Assembly (NCBI GenBank): GCA_902607475.1
Contig: CACLKH010000001.1
Coordinates: forward strand, 17,094-81,093
Direction: 5' to 3'
Source of the DNA: an uncultured Alphaproteobacteria bacterium
Lineage (GTDB): Bacteria; Pseudomonadota; Alphaproteobacteria; GCA-002720895
DNA length: 64,000 bases
The position numbers and the translations under genes are program-made. The notes below the pieces were generated by a model. The model was not told the origin of the DNA. It saw only the letters and a program-made list of their open reading frames with translations, and ran no database searches. How positions within the stretch are numbered: position 1 is the first letter of the stretch; the number at the start of each line of letters is the position of its first letter. This document shows, one piece after another, positions 28,413-38,010 of this stretch.

Positions 28413-29007
28413 ACTGAACATAGTTCCATTAATATTAGCTTTTTTGATAGGCTCTATTCCAACCGGTTATCTTCTAAATAAATATTTTGGACATGGCGAT
28501 ATAAGAAAGGTTGGCTCTGGAAATATTGGCGCAACTAATGTATTGAGACATAGTGGTAAATTACTGGGTTTACTAACTCTTTTAATTGATATTGGTAAAG
28601 GTTTTCTAGCACTTGAATTACTTCTAAAGCTTATGGTGGGCTCGTCTGTCTGGAACGATATATCTATAATTGGTTCTTCAGTTATTTTAGGACATATATT
28701 TTCACCATGGTTAAAATTTAAAGGCGGCAAGGGTGTCGCTACAATGTTTGGGGTAATTCTTTTTCTAGGGACTGATTATATCAATATTTTTCTTATAACA
28801 ATTTTTTCTTGGTTGGTGATTATTTTTTTTACAAAGTATGTTGCTTTAGGATCAGTAATTTCATTGACAATAGCAACTATTTATTCCTATTTTTACGTTC
28901 CATCTTTATTTCCTTTTTTCATTCTAATGACTCTTTTAATTACTTATAAACACAAAGATAATTTTGAAAGAATTAAAAATAATAAAGAACATAAAATCAC
29001 TTTTTAA
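28390..29007 (+). CDS. plsY: glycerol-3-phosphate acyltransferase PlsY
   Basis: 205 aa, multi-TM. GSGNIGATNVLR and FKGGKGVAT motifs. An alternative start at 28402 (MLPELN...) is equally plausible. Confidence 0.9.
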   Translation: MKFPMLPELNIVPLILAFLIGSIPTGYLLNKYFGHGDIRKVGSGNIGATNVLRHSGKLLGLLTLLIDIGKGFLALELLLKLMVGSSVWNDISIIGSSVILGHIFSPWLKFKGGKGVATMFGVILFLGTDYINIFLITIFSWLVIIFFTKYVALGSVISLTIATIYSYFYVPSLFPFFILMTLLITYKHKDNFERIKNNKEHKITF

Positions 29008-29074
29008 TAGTTTTTTGTTGACAAATTAAAAAAAAAGTTCCATTTATCTCAAAAATACAGCTTATAAAAAAATA

Positions 29075-31576
29075 ATGAGTAATATTGTTATTGTAGAATC
29101 CCCGGCGAAAGCCAAGACCATCGAAAAATATCTTGGCCCTGACTATAAAGTCATGGCTAGTATTGGGCATGTTAGAGACTTGCTACCAAAGAATGGGTCA
29201 GTAAATACTGATGAACAATACAAAATGATATGGGAAATTTCTACACAAGGAAAAAAAGTCATCAAAGAAATAGCAGGCGCAATTCAAACCGGAGACAATT
29301 TATATTTAGCAACGGATCCTGATAGAGAAGGAGAGGCTATTTCATGGCACGTTGAAGAAGTGTTAAAAGAAAAAAAAAAATTAGAAAATGTAAATGTTAA
29401 AAGAATTACATTTAATGAAATTACCAAAGAAGCAGTTAATAATGCTATTAACCAACCTAGAGAATTAGATAATGATTTAATTAATGCTTATTTAGCAAGA
29501 AGAGCTCTTGATTTTCTTGTTGGATTTAATTTATCCCCTATTTTATGGCGAAAACTTCCTGGAAGTAAATCAGCTGGAAGAGTTCAGTCGGTTGCTCTTA
29601 GAATTATATGTGACAGAGAAAATGAAATTGAACTTTTTAAACCGGAAGAATATTGGTCTATTGATGTTTTGTTAAAATCTAAAGACAATCAAATATTTAA
29701 ATCCACTTTAAAACAAATAAACGATAAAAAATTAAAAAAACTAGATATTGGCACTGAAACAATAACAAAAGAATATGTGGATATAATTAATTCTAAAAAT
29801 TACAAAGTAGATGAATTAAAATCTAAGGAAGTAAAAAGGAATCCGTATGCTCCCTTTACTACTTCAACGCTACAACAAGATGCAGGTAATAAATTTGGAT
29901 ATTCTGCTGCATCTACAATGGGCAAAGCTCAAAAATTATACCAAAGTGGTTTTATAACTTATATGCGAACAGATAGTATAGTTTTATCAAATGATGCAAT
30001 AAACCAATCTAGAGAATATATAAAAAGTAATTTTGGTGATAATTATTTACCAAGTGAGCCAAGAGTTTATAAATCCAAAGCAAAAAACACACAAGAAGCT
30101 CACGAGGCAATTAGGCCTACTAACATTAGCAATTCTCCTGAAAAAATGAAAAATGAAATTAGCCCAGATGAATTTAAATTATATAAGCTTATATGGAATA
30201 GAACCGTTGCATCTCAAATGAGTAGCGCAATTTTTAAACAAATCACTCTTACTATAAAAGCAAATGATGGCACGGTTCTTTTACAATCTACAGGTTCTTC
30301 TCCTGTATTTGATGGAATGTTAAAAGTCTATAATTACGAAAAAAAATCAAATGGAAAAGAAGATGAAACAAATATTATACCAAATATTAATCCTGGCGAT
30401 GACGTCGAGATTGAAAAAATAATTGATGAACAACATTTTACCCAACCCCCTCCTCGTTATACAGAAGCAAGTTTAGTTAAAAAATTAGAAGAGTTAGGAA
30501 TTGGAAGACCTTCAACTTATGCACCTATTATTCAAGTTTTAAAAACAAGGGGTTATGTAAATATTGAATCAAGAAGAATGTTTCCACAAGATAGAGGTAG
30601 AATAGTTATTGTTTTTTTATCAAACTTTTTTGAAAAATATGTAGATTATGATTTTACTGCAAATCTGGAAGGTAAATTAGATGATATATCAGGTGGAAGA
30701 TTGGATTACATTAATGTATTAGATGATTTTTGGAAAAGTTTTTATAGTTTAATTGAACAAACTAAAGAAATTAGAATTACCGAAGTAATAGATAAGTTAG
30801 ATCATCAATTAGAAGATCATTTCTTTCAACCAAATGAAAAAAATGCGAATCCAAGAAAGTGTCCGACATGTGATAATGGGAGATTAGGTTTAAAACTTGC
30901 AAAAACTGGTCCTTTTGTAGGTTGTTCAAATTATCCAGATTGTAAATACGCAACCCAACTAACTTCTAATATTAATGGAGATAATCAAAATGGTAATGGT
31001 ATTTCACTTCCAAAAGAAATAGGTGTCGATCCAAAAACAAACAAACCAATTATAATAAAACAAGGCCCTTACGGAATTTATATTGAAATGGAAGATAAAG
31101 AAGGAGAAAAACCTCGTAGAGCATCTGTCCCAAAAAATTTACCATTAGAACAATTAAATTTGGAAAAAGCTTCGCAATTATTATCGCTTCCAAGAGAGAT
31201 TGGTACATATCCAAAAAGTAATGAAACAATTATTGCAAATAATGGCAGATTTGGACCTTATTTAAAAGTTGGAGATTATTTTATTTCATTAAAAGAAGAT
31301 GATGTCTATACAGTTGGGGAAAATAGAGCAATTGATTTAATCGAAAAACATTTTCAAAAAATAGAAAAACAAACAATAGGTACACATGATAATAAAGAAC
31401 TTAGTGTAAGTAAGCGCGGTAGAATTGGTTATTTTTTGAAAAATGGCACAACAAGCATAAGAGTTCCAAATGAAATAGACGCAAAAACAATAAGTTTAGA
31501 AAAAGCAATTGAATTAATCGAAATTAAAAAAGAAAAAGATAAAGCAAAGAAAAAAAAACCTAAAAAGAAGAAGTAA
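29075..31576 (+). CDS. topA: DNA topoisomerase I
   Basis: 833 aa. Toprim domain (IVESPAKAKTI, DPDREGE), active-site Tyr context ITYMRTDS, one Zn ribbon (CPTCDNG...CSNYPDCKY), Lys-rich C-terminus. Confidence 0.95.
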   Translation: MSNIVIVESPAKAKTIEKYLGPDYKVMASIGHVRDLLPKNGSVNTDEQYKMIWEISTQGKKVIKEIAGAIQTGDNLYLATDPDREGEAISWHVEEVLKEKKKLENVNVKRITFNEITKEAVNNAINQPRELDNDLINAYLARRALDFLVGFNLSPILWRKLPGSKSAGRVQSVALRIICDRENEIELFKPEEYWSIDVLLKSKDNQIFKSTLKQINDKKLKKLDIGTETITKEYVDIINSKNYKVDELKSKEVKRNPYAPFTTSTLQQDAGNKFGYSAASTMGKAQKLYQSGFITYMRTDSIVLSNDAINQSREYIKSNFGDNYLPSEPRVYKSKAKNTQEAHEAIRPTNISNSPEKMKNEISPDEFKLYKLIWNRTVASQMSSAIFKQITLTIKANDGTVLLQSTGSSPVFDGMLKVYNYEKKSNGKEDETNIIPNINPGDDVEIEKIIDEQHFTQPPPRYTEASLVKKLEELGIGRPSTYAPIIQVLKTRGYVNIESRRMFPQDRGRIVIVFLSNFFEKYVDYDFTANLEGKLDDISGGRLDYINVLDDFWKSFYSLIEQTKEIRITEVIDKLDHQLEDHFFQPNEKNANPRKCPTCDNGRLGLKLAKTGPFVGCSNYPDCKYATQLTSNINGDNQNGNGISLPKEIGVDPKTNKPIIIKQGPYGIYIEMEDKEGEKPRRASVPKNLPLEQLNLEKASQLLSLPREIGTYPKSNETIIANNGRFGPYLKVGDYFISLKEDDVYTVGENRAIDLIEKHFQKIEKQTIGTHDNKELSVSKRGRIGYFLKNGTTSIRVPNEIDAKTISLEKAIELIEIKKEKDKAKKKKPKKKK

Positions 31577-31579
31577 CAA

Positions 31580-33361
31580 CTAATCCTTTTTTTTTAAATC
31601 TGAAATCTTTAAAGATAATTCTTTTAATCTTCCTTCATCTACTTCTGCTGGAGCATTCATCATTAAATCTTCAGCTTTTTGATTAAATGGGAAAGGAATT
31701 ATTTCTCTGATATTTGGTTCGCCTGCAACTAACATAACAATTCTATCAATTCCAGGTGCACATCCTCCATGAGGAGGCGCTCCAAAATTAAAAGCTTGTA
31801 AAAGGCCACTGAATTGTTTTTCCAAATCTTTTTTTGTGTAACCAGCTATTTCAAATGCTTTAACCATAATTTCTGGTTTATGATTTCTAATTGCTCCACT
31901 TGACAATTCTACTCCATTACAAACAATGTCATATTGGAAAGCTTTTATGTCTAGAGGATTTTTTTTTTTTAATTCATCTAATCCTCCTTGGGGCATGGAA
32001 AATGGATTATGACTAAATTCTATTTTATTTGTTTCAACATTTTTTTGATACATTGGGTAGTCAATCACCCAACAAAATTGAAATTCATTTTCTTTAATTA
32101 ATTTTAATTCATTTGCAATTTTCATTCTAGCAATTGCAGCAAATTCCATTATTTCATCTGCTTTTCCACATAAAAAAAAGATCGAACTATTTCCATTCAT
32201 GCCATCAATTTCCAGAAATTTTTTCAATCTATCTTTGTCTAAGTTATTTGCTATAGGACCCTTACCTTCGTTATTTATAAACTGAACATATCCCATTCCA
32301 CCTTGGTCCTCACTTTTTGCCCAAGAGTTAAGCTTGTCAAAAAATGTTCTGGGTTGGTCTTTGGTATCTGGCGCTGGAATTGCAATAACGATTGATCCTT
32401 TATTAATACTGTCAGCAAAAAGTTTAAATGATGAATTTTTAAAAACATCTGTAACATTAGATAGAATTAACGGATTACGTAAATCTGGCTTATCGTTTCC
32501 ATACTTTGTAACACATTCATCAAATGAAATTCTTTTAAAAGGTGGTTTTGAAATATGAAAATTTTTAGTTAGTTTTGTAAAAACATCAAATAAAACAGGT
32601 TCTAATGCATTAAAAACATCTTCTTGCGTTGCAAATGACATTTCATAATCTAATTGGTAAAATTCTCCTGGAGACCGATCAGCTCTACTATCTTCATCTC
32701 TAAAACAAGGAGCTATTTGAAAATATTTATCAAAACCAGCTATCATTAAAAGTTGCTTAAATTGCTGTGGGGCCTGTGGTAATGCATAAAATTTACCAGG
32801 ATTAATTCTACTAGGAACTAAATAATCTCGAGCACCTTCTGGAGAACTTGCTGTTAAAATAGGTGTTTGTATTTCTATAAAATTTTGCTTATTCATTCCT
32901 TCTCTGATTAATGAAATTACTTTATTACGTAATAAAATATTTTTTTGCATCTTAAATCTTCTAAGATCTAAATACCTATATTTTAAACGAGTGTCCTCAC
33001 CATAATCTTTATCAGAATTAACTTCTAATGGTAATGGTTTAGAACTTGATTCAGTTATATATTCATCAACTGATATTTCAATTTCTCCTGTCGGGATTTT
33101 TTTATTTAATGTTTCATCAGATCTTGGTACCACATTACCAGTCACGGTTATCACACTTTCTGAAGAAGTTTTTTCAGCTGTAGAAAAATATTTATTTTTT
33201 TTATCTAACACAACTTGTGTAATTCCATAATGATCTCTTAAGTCAATAAAAAGTAAATTCCCGTGATCTCTTTTTCTATGAACCCAGCCAGATAATTTAA
33301 CGGATTTATTCTTATCTGTTAACCTTAATTCACTACAATTATGCGTTCTATATAAATGCAT
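31580..33361 (-). CDS. aspS: aspartate--tRNA ligase (probably non-discriminating, given gatCAB)
   Basis: 593 aa. Class II motifs FRDEDSRADRSPGEFYQLD and GGCAPGIDRIVM. Confidence 0.95.
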   Translation of the reverse strand: MHLYRTHNCSELRLTDKNKSVKLSGWVHRKRDHGNLLFIDLRDHYGITQVVLDKKNKYFSTAEKTSSESVITVTGNVVPRSDETLNKKIPTGEIEISVDEYITESSSKPLPLEVNSDKDYGEDTRLKYRYLDLRRFKMQKNILLRNKVISLIREGMNKQNFIEIQTPILTASSPEGARDYLVPSRINPGKFYALPQAPQQFKQLLMIAGFDKYFQIAPCFRDEDSRADRSPGEFYQLDYEMSFATQEDVFNALEPVLFDVFTKLTKNFHISKPPFKRISFDECVTKYGNDKPDLRNPLILSNVTDVFKNSSFKLFADSINKGSIVIAIPAPDTKDQPRTFFDKLNSWAKSEDQGGMGYVQFINNEGKGPIANNLDKDRLKKFLEIDGMNGNSSIFFLCGKADEIMEFAAIARMKIANELKLIKENEFQFCWVIDYPMYQKNVETNKIEFSHNPFSMPQGGLDELKKKNPLDIKAFQYDIVCNGVELSSGAIRNHKPEIMVKAFEIAGYTKKDLEKQFSGLLQAFNFGAPPHGGCAPGIDRIVMLVAGEPNIREIIPFPFNQKAEDLMMNAPAEVDEGRLKELSLKISDLKKKD

Positions 33362-33370
33362 TTAATAATT

Positions 33371-34072
33371 TTAAATTAATTTTTTTACAAAACTTATATT
33401 TATTTTTTTTTTTGTTATTAAAGATTGTTTATCTATTTTATTAACTATATTTTGTAAATTAGTAAATGATCGTTCAGATCTATAAACAATAAATTTAATT
33501 ATCTTTTTGTCTATTAAAATTTGTTTATCTAAAAATAATTTAACCAAAACAGATGACAGTAATTCATCGTTTGGCTTGTTAATTTTAACTATTATAGAAG
33601 ATAAAATACGTGATTTTAAGTCAGGTAGATTAATTTTCCAAAATTTTGGAGAGTTTAATGCAGTCAATATTAAATATCCTTTTTTTTCTTCTATTAAATT
33701 ATAAAAATGTAATAAGTTTTTTTCTAAGTTATCTTTATCCTTTTTTTTAATTTTATCAAAAAAATTTGAAATATTTTCAATTATAAAAATATTTTTTTTT
33801 AAAAAAAAATTATCAAATCTTGTTTTTTTAAATTTATTTAGGTTTAAAAAAATAGCAGAAGTTTTTTTTTGCCAGATTCTTGACAAATGAGTTTTGCCTG
33901 TTCCAGAGTCACCAAAGATTATTATTTTTCTACTTGACCAATTTGGCCATCTATTTATCAGTTTATACGCTTCTTTATTTGAGTCTGAAACTAAAAAATC
34001 ATCTTTTTCATATATTTTTTTTTTTTTAAGATCAAATAATAATTGAACATTTTTAATATTATTTTGTATCAT
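33371..34072 (-). CDS. hda: DnaA-related regulatory inactivator (Hda/HdaA-like AAA+ protein)
   Basis: 233 aa. Walker A GDSGTGKTHL. Size and position next to purMN match alphaproteobacterial hdaA. Confidence 0.75.
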   Translation of the reverse strand: MIQNNIKNVQLLFDLKKKKIYEKDDFLVSDSNKEAYKLINRWPNWSSRKIIIFGDSGTGKTHLSRIWQKKTSAIFLNLNKFKKTRFDNFFLKKNIFIIENISNFFDKIKKKDKDNLEKNLLHFYNLIEEKKGYLILTALNSPKFWKINLPDLKSRILSSIIVKINKPNDELLSSVLVKLFLDKQILIDKKIIKFIVYRSERSFTNLQNIVNKIDKQSLITKKKINISFVKKLI

Positions 34073-34614
34073 AAATTTACTACTAAATCTTTAAGCCACC
34101 TAATTAAATAAAAAATTCCGGATATAAAGGTTAAATAAATTATAAAAAGACCAAAGTATTTAATTAAAATTTCAATATCAAAAAAATTTGCATAATTGCA
34201 CAGTAACATTCCTATAAAAATAGTTTGAAAAAAAAAAGTTATTTTTCCAATTTTTAATGGAGAATAATTAATTCTTTTTTTTAATAAAATTGAAAAAACT
34301 GCTCCTAAAAGAATAATAAAATCTCTTAAAACAATTATTACAACAATAGGCCATTCTATAAAATTTTTATAGCTTAATGTGATCAGTACTGAAAATATTA
34401 GTATTTTATCTGAAATAGGATCTAATATTTTCCCAAATTCAGTAACTATTTTTAATTTTCTTGCAAGTAGTCCATCAAATATATCAGTAAAACAAGCAAA
34501 TAAAAAAACCCAGAAAGCTATTTCCAATCTATCATCTAATATCATCAATAAAATTATAGGTACAGAAAAAAGTCTGAAAAAAGATATTGTATTTGCAATA
34601 TTTATTATTTTCAC
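34069..34614 (-). CDS. CDP-alcohol phosphatidyltransferase (PgsA-like)
   Basis: 181 aa, multi-TM. DIFDGLLARKLKIVTEFGKILDPISDK matches D(x)2DG(x)2AR...G(x)3D(x)3D. Confidence 0.8.
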   Translation of the reverse strand: MKIINIANTISFFRLFSVPIILLMILDDRLEIAFWVFLFACFTDIFDGLLARKLKIVTEFGKILDPISDKILIFSVLITLSYKNFIEWPIVVIIVLRDFIILLGAVFSILLKKRINYSPLKIGKITFFFQTIFIGMLLCNYANFFDIEILIKYFGLFIIYLTFISGIFYLIRWLKDLVVNL

Positions 34615-35708
34615 TTTGCTAAATTCAGCTTTTTGCTATTCAAATTAAAATCTAAATCAGATTGTTTGAAGGCAACTTTTAATTGGTTTAAATTTCCTGA
34701 AAAGGATAAAAAAATAATTGCTTTATTACGAGAAAAATTTTTAACATTAAATTTATCAATTATTGGCATATTACTAATTATTTTTTTTATATTAATCCAA
34801 TCATTTAAATCATTAAATAAAACTGTTACTTTCTCAAATTTCTTTTGAGAAGTTATCACATTAGCTGCCTTCCACTGTTGATTAACAAATAGTTCAACTT
34901 TATTTTTTGCATCATTTAAAATAGTATCTGAATACTCATTACTATATATTTCAATTGTATCTTCAAAAGTATTTGTTTCTTCACCATCAAATCTATAAAT
35001 TGACAGATTTAAGTTAAATGACATTTTTGATTTATCACGATTATATTTTTTTTTTAAAATTGCTATAAGAACCCCAGTAGTATTATGTGATTTTGCTAAA
35101 AGTTCGAGATTTTTTAAATTTTTTTTAACTGCTTGATCCTGATTAAAATAAATAAAGTCGCTAAATTTTCCTTCTGATGATTTAATAGGTATTAAACCAT
35201 CATTATTTGAATTCTTTACCCATATGTTTCTCCAAATATTTTTTTCTTCCCATAAATATGTCACTCCAGCAAATTTATAAATAGGTAAAATTAAAAGTGG
35301 CTTACTTTTAAGACTAGTATATTTAATATTATTATTATTTAAGTATCTTAATATTTTATCTTCGCTAAAAATTATTGTTAGATCTCCTATGTATTTTCTA
35401 GATGTTGTTTTTTCGCTTTGAATTTCTATTGCATTAACAAATTCTAAAATTTTCTCAATGCCAATACTTTCAATCTTTTCATATTCTGATTCTAAAAGCA
35501 TTGTATTCATTAAATTTCTAAATCCTTTTTCTTGAGCTTCTAATAAAGCAATTTCTTTAGCTTTAGATGATGAAGTTGATTCAATATTTACTGAAATATT
35601 TTTAACTTCAAATATTTTATCTTGTAAAGTTTCTGAAATTGAGCCCTTTAAGTTTAGTAAAATAATAAAAAAAAAGATAATGAAGAATTTTATAAAATTA
35701 TATTTCAT
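34611..35708 (-). CDS. hypothetical secreted/periplasmic protein
   Basis: 365 aa with an N-terminal signal-like segment (FIIFFFIILLNLKGSIS). I recognise no catalytic motif. Linked to the downstream gene by a 4-nt overlap. Confidence 0.5.
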   Translation of the reverse strand: MKYNFIKFFIIFFFIILLNLKGSISETLQDKIFEVKNISVNIESTSSSKAKEIALLEAQEKGFRNLMNTMLLESEYEKIESIGIEKILEFVNAIEIQSEKTTSRKYIGDLTIIFSEDKILRYLNNNNIKYTSLKSKPLLILPIYKFAGVTYLWEEKNIWRNIWVKNSNNDGLIPIKSSEGKFSDFIYFNQDQAVKKNLKNLELLAKSHNTTGVLIAILKKKYNRDKSKMSFNLNLSIYRFDGEETNTFEDTIEIYSNEYSDTILNDAKNKVELFVNQQWKAANVITSQKKFEKVTVLFNDLNDWINIKKIISNMPIIDKFNVKNFSRNKAIIFLSFSGNLNQLKVAFKQSDLDFNLNSKKLNLAK

Positions 35709-35759
35709 AATAGTATCTTATCTTTTTAAAAAAAATTATTACATAAAAATAATAAATTA

Positions 35760-36818
35760 ATGAAACAAAAAGTAAATAAATACAAAAAAGCTGGCGTAAA
35801 TATAGATAAAGGCAACAATTTTATTAAATCAATAAAGAAAAAGGTTTTTTCTACACATATAAAAGGAACGATAAAAGATCTAAATTCATTTGCAGGATTT
35901 TTTGATCTGTCATTATTAAAATATAAAAATCCCTTACTTATAAGTTCAACAGATGGTGTTGGAACCAAAATAAAAATAGCACAAGATTTAAAAAAATATA
36001 ACACTTTAGGAATTGATTTAGTTGCTATGTGTGTAAATGATATTTTAGTTCATGGTGGAAAACCGCTATTCTTTCTAGATTATATTGCTGTTGAAAAATT
36101 AAATAAGAAAATAGCATTAGAAATTATTGATGGTATATCCAAAGGGTGTAAAGACGCAAATTGTTCAATTCTTGGAGGAGAAACAGCAGAAATGCCGGGT
36201 TTATATAAAAAAAACGATTTTGATCTTGCTGGTTTCTCAGTAGGAATTATAGAAAAAAAAGATTTAATTACAGGAAGAAATATAAAGGAAGGAGATGTTG
36301 TAATAGGATTAAAATCCTCAGGATTCCATTCAAATGGTTTTTCTCTTATTAGATATATTTTAAAAAAAAAAAAAATAAGTTATAAAACTAAAATATCAAA
36401 TCAAATAACAAATCTTGGAAACTTTTTATTAAAACCAACTAAAATTTATTCAAAAATAATTCAAGAGTTAAAAAAAAATAAACTAATTGAGGGGGCTTGT
36501 CATATAACTGGCGGAGGTATTGTAGATAATTTGCCAAGAATTTTGCCAAAAAATCATGGATTAAATTTTGATAATCATAATTGGGATTTACCATATATTT
36601 ACAGATGGTTCAAAGAACAAGGAGGTATTTCTTTTGATGAAATGTTAAAAGTTTTTAATTGTGGAGTAGGAATGATAATTATATGTAAACCCAAGAAAAA
36701 AGAACTAGTAATTAAAAAATTAAGAAATAAAAAAGAACCTTTCTTTATTCTAGGTAAAGTTGTTAGAAATAATGGGAAAATTGATATCAATCGTTTAAAA
36801 GAAAAATGGGAATGTTAA
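35760..36818 (+). CDS. purM: phosphoribosylformylglycinamidine cyclo-ligase (AIR synthetase)
   Basis: 352 aa. SSTDGVGTK, DYIA and GGETAEMPG motifs. Confidence 0.95.
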   Translation: MKQKVNKYKKAGVNIDKGNNFIKSIKKKVFSTHIKGTIKDLNSFAGFFDLSLLKYKNPLLISSTDGVGTKIKIAQDLKKYNTLGIDLVAMCVNDILVHGGKPLFFLDYIAVEKLNKKIALEIIDGISKGCKDANCSILGGETAEMPGLYKKNDFDLAGFSVGIIEKKDLITGRNIKEGDVVIGLKSSGFHSNGFSLIRYILKKKKISYKTKISNQITNLGNFLLKPTKIYSKIIQELKKNKLIEGACHITGGGIVDNLPRILPKNHGLNFDNHNWDLPYIYRWFKEQGGISFDEMLKVFNCGVGMIIICKPKKKELVIKKLRNKKEPFFILGKVVRNNGKIDINRLKEKWEC

Positions 36819-37438
36819 AAGTTGTAGTTTTGATATCTGGAAGAGGTAGCAATTTAAAAGCTATAATTGACAAATGTTCAAAAAAAGATGTTCCGGCTAA
36901 AATTATTGGTGTAATTTCAAATAACTCAAATGCATCAGGTTTAAAATCCAATGGAAAATTTAAAAAAATAATAATAAATAATGAACTGCATAAAAAAGAA
37001 TTTGAAATTAAATTACAAAATCATTTAAAGGTATTAAAACCAGATTTAATTTGTTTAGCAGGATTTATGAAAATTTTAAGTCCATTTATAATTAAAAGGT
37101 GGAAAAATAAAATAATAAATGTTCATCCTTCTCTTCTACCTGCTTTTAAAGGTTTAAATACTCATGAAAGAGCTTTAAATGCTGGTGTAAAAAAAAGCGG
37201 TTGTACAATTCATTTTGTTGATGAAAGTTTAGATGGTGGTTCGATAATAGCCCAAGTAGCAACTGCTATAAATAAAAAAATGACAAGCAACGAACTATCA
37301 AAAAAAATTTTAAAAATGGAACATAAAATATATCCTGAAATTGTAAAACTTTTTGCAAAAAAAGAAATTAGTGTAAAAAAAAATAAAGTTTTTATAAAAG
37401 ATGAAAAAAAATTAAATTTTTTTATTAAAAATATATAA
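36806..37438 (+). CDS. purN: phosphoribosylglycinamide formyltransferase
   Basis: 210 aa. VLISGRGSNL, NVHPSLLPAFKG and DGG motifs. Confidence 0.93.
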   Translation: MGMLKVVVLISGRGSNLKAIIDKCSKKDVPAKIIGVISNNSNASGLKSNGKFKKIIINNELHKKEFEIKLQNHLKVLKPDLICLAGFMKILSPFIIKRWKNKIINVHPSLLPAFKGLNTHERALNAGVKKSGCTIHFVDESLDGGSIIAQVATAINKKMTSNELSKKILKMEHKIYPEIVKLFAKKEISVKKNKVFIKDEKKLNFFIKNI

Positions 37439-37478
37439 ATAAATTGAAAAAAAGTTTTTTTTTTTGTAAATTTAGAAA

Positions 37479-37595
37479 ATGGACGATAAATTAAAAAGAT
37501 CATATAACAACTGGATAATATTTTTAAAAGGAACTGTGCTTTTAGTTGCAGGTGTTATTGTTATTCTTGCTTTTATGGCTTTATTTTTACTTTAA
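37479..37595 (+). CDS. candidate 38-aa single-TM small protein (not in ORF track)
   Basis: ATG...TAA ORF encoding MDDKLKRSYNNWIIFLKGTVLLVAGVIVILAFMALFLL. It fills most of an otherwise empty 161-nt gap between purN and ndk in a genome with almost no spacers. No clear SD. Confidence 0.3.
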   Translation: MDDKLKRSYNNWIIFLKGTVLLVAGVIVILAFMALFLL

Positions 37596-37599
37596 GATT

Positions 37600-38010
37600 T
37601 TAAATATCTTTAAAAAAAAAATTAAGTTCTTTTAAAGCATTATCTTCACTGTCAGATCCGTGTACAGCGTTTTCTTGAATAGAAGTAGCAAATTTTTTTC
37701 TTATTGTATTTTCATCTGCTTCAGCTGGATTAGTGGCACCCATTACTTTTCTATATAATTCTATAGCATTTTCCCCTTCTATCATTTGTACAATTATAGG
37801 GCCAGAAGTCATAAATTCACATAATTCATTATAAAAAGGTTTGTCAGAATGAACTGCGTAAAATTGTTGTGCTTCTTCTTTACTTAATTTTATTTCCTTT
37901 TTTTCTAAAATTTTTAAACCTGAATTTTCAATCATTAAATTTATTGAATCAACATGTCCTGCTTTGACTGCATCTGGTTTAATAATTGATAAAGTTTTTT
38001 GGTTAGACAT
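37600..38010 (-). CDS. ndk: nucleoside diphosphate kinase
   Basis: 136 aa. NAVHGSDS active-site His motif. Confidence 0.95.
   Translation of the reverse strand: MSNQKTLSIIKPDAVKAGHVDSINLMIENSGLKILEKKEIKLSKEEAQQFYAVHSDKPFYNELCEFMTSGPIIVQMIEGENAIELYRKVMGATNPAEADENTIRKKFATSIQENAVHGSDSEDNALKELNFFFKDI

Noticed and set aside
29018-29023. A perfect TTGACA -35 hexamer upstream of topA.
   Set aside because: No acceptable -10 element at 16-18 nt spacing (CATTTA/ATTTAT). A single hexamer is not enough to call a promoter.
31959-31970. Long A/T homopolymers inside essential ORFs, considered as possible slippage or phase-variation sites: T12 in aspS at 31959-31970, T13 in the desulfurase at 2369-2381, and A11 in topA at 29370-29380.
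   Set aside because: All encode in-frame Lys runs (AAA codons) in intact, conserved genes. They are a by-product of AT-rich codon usage and Lys-rich proteins, and there is no evidence of frame disruption.
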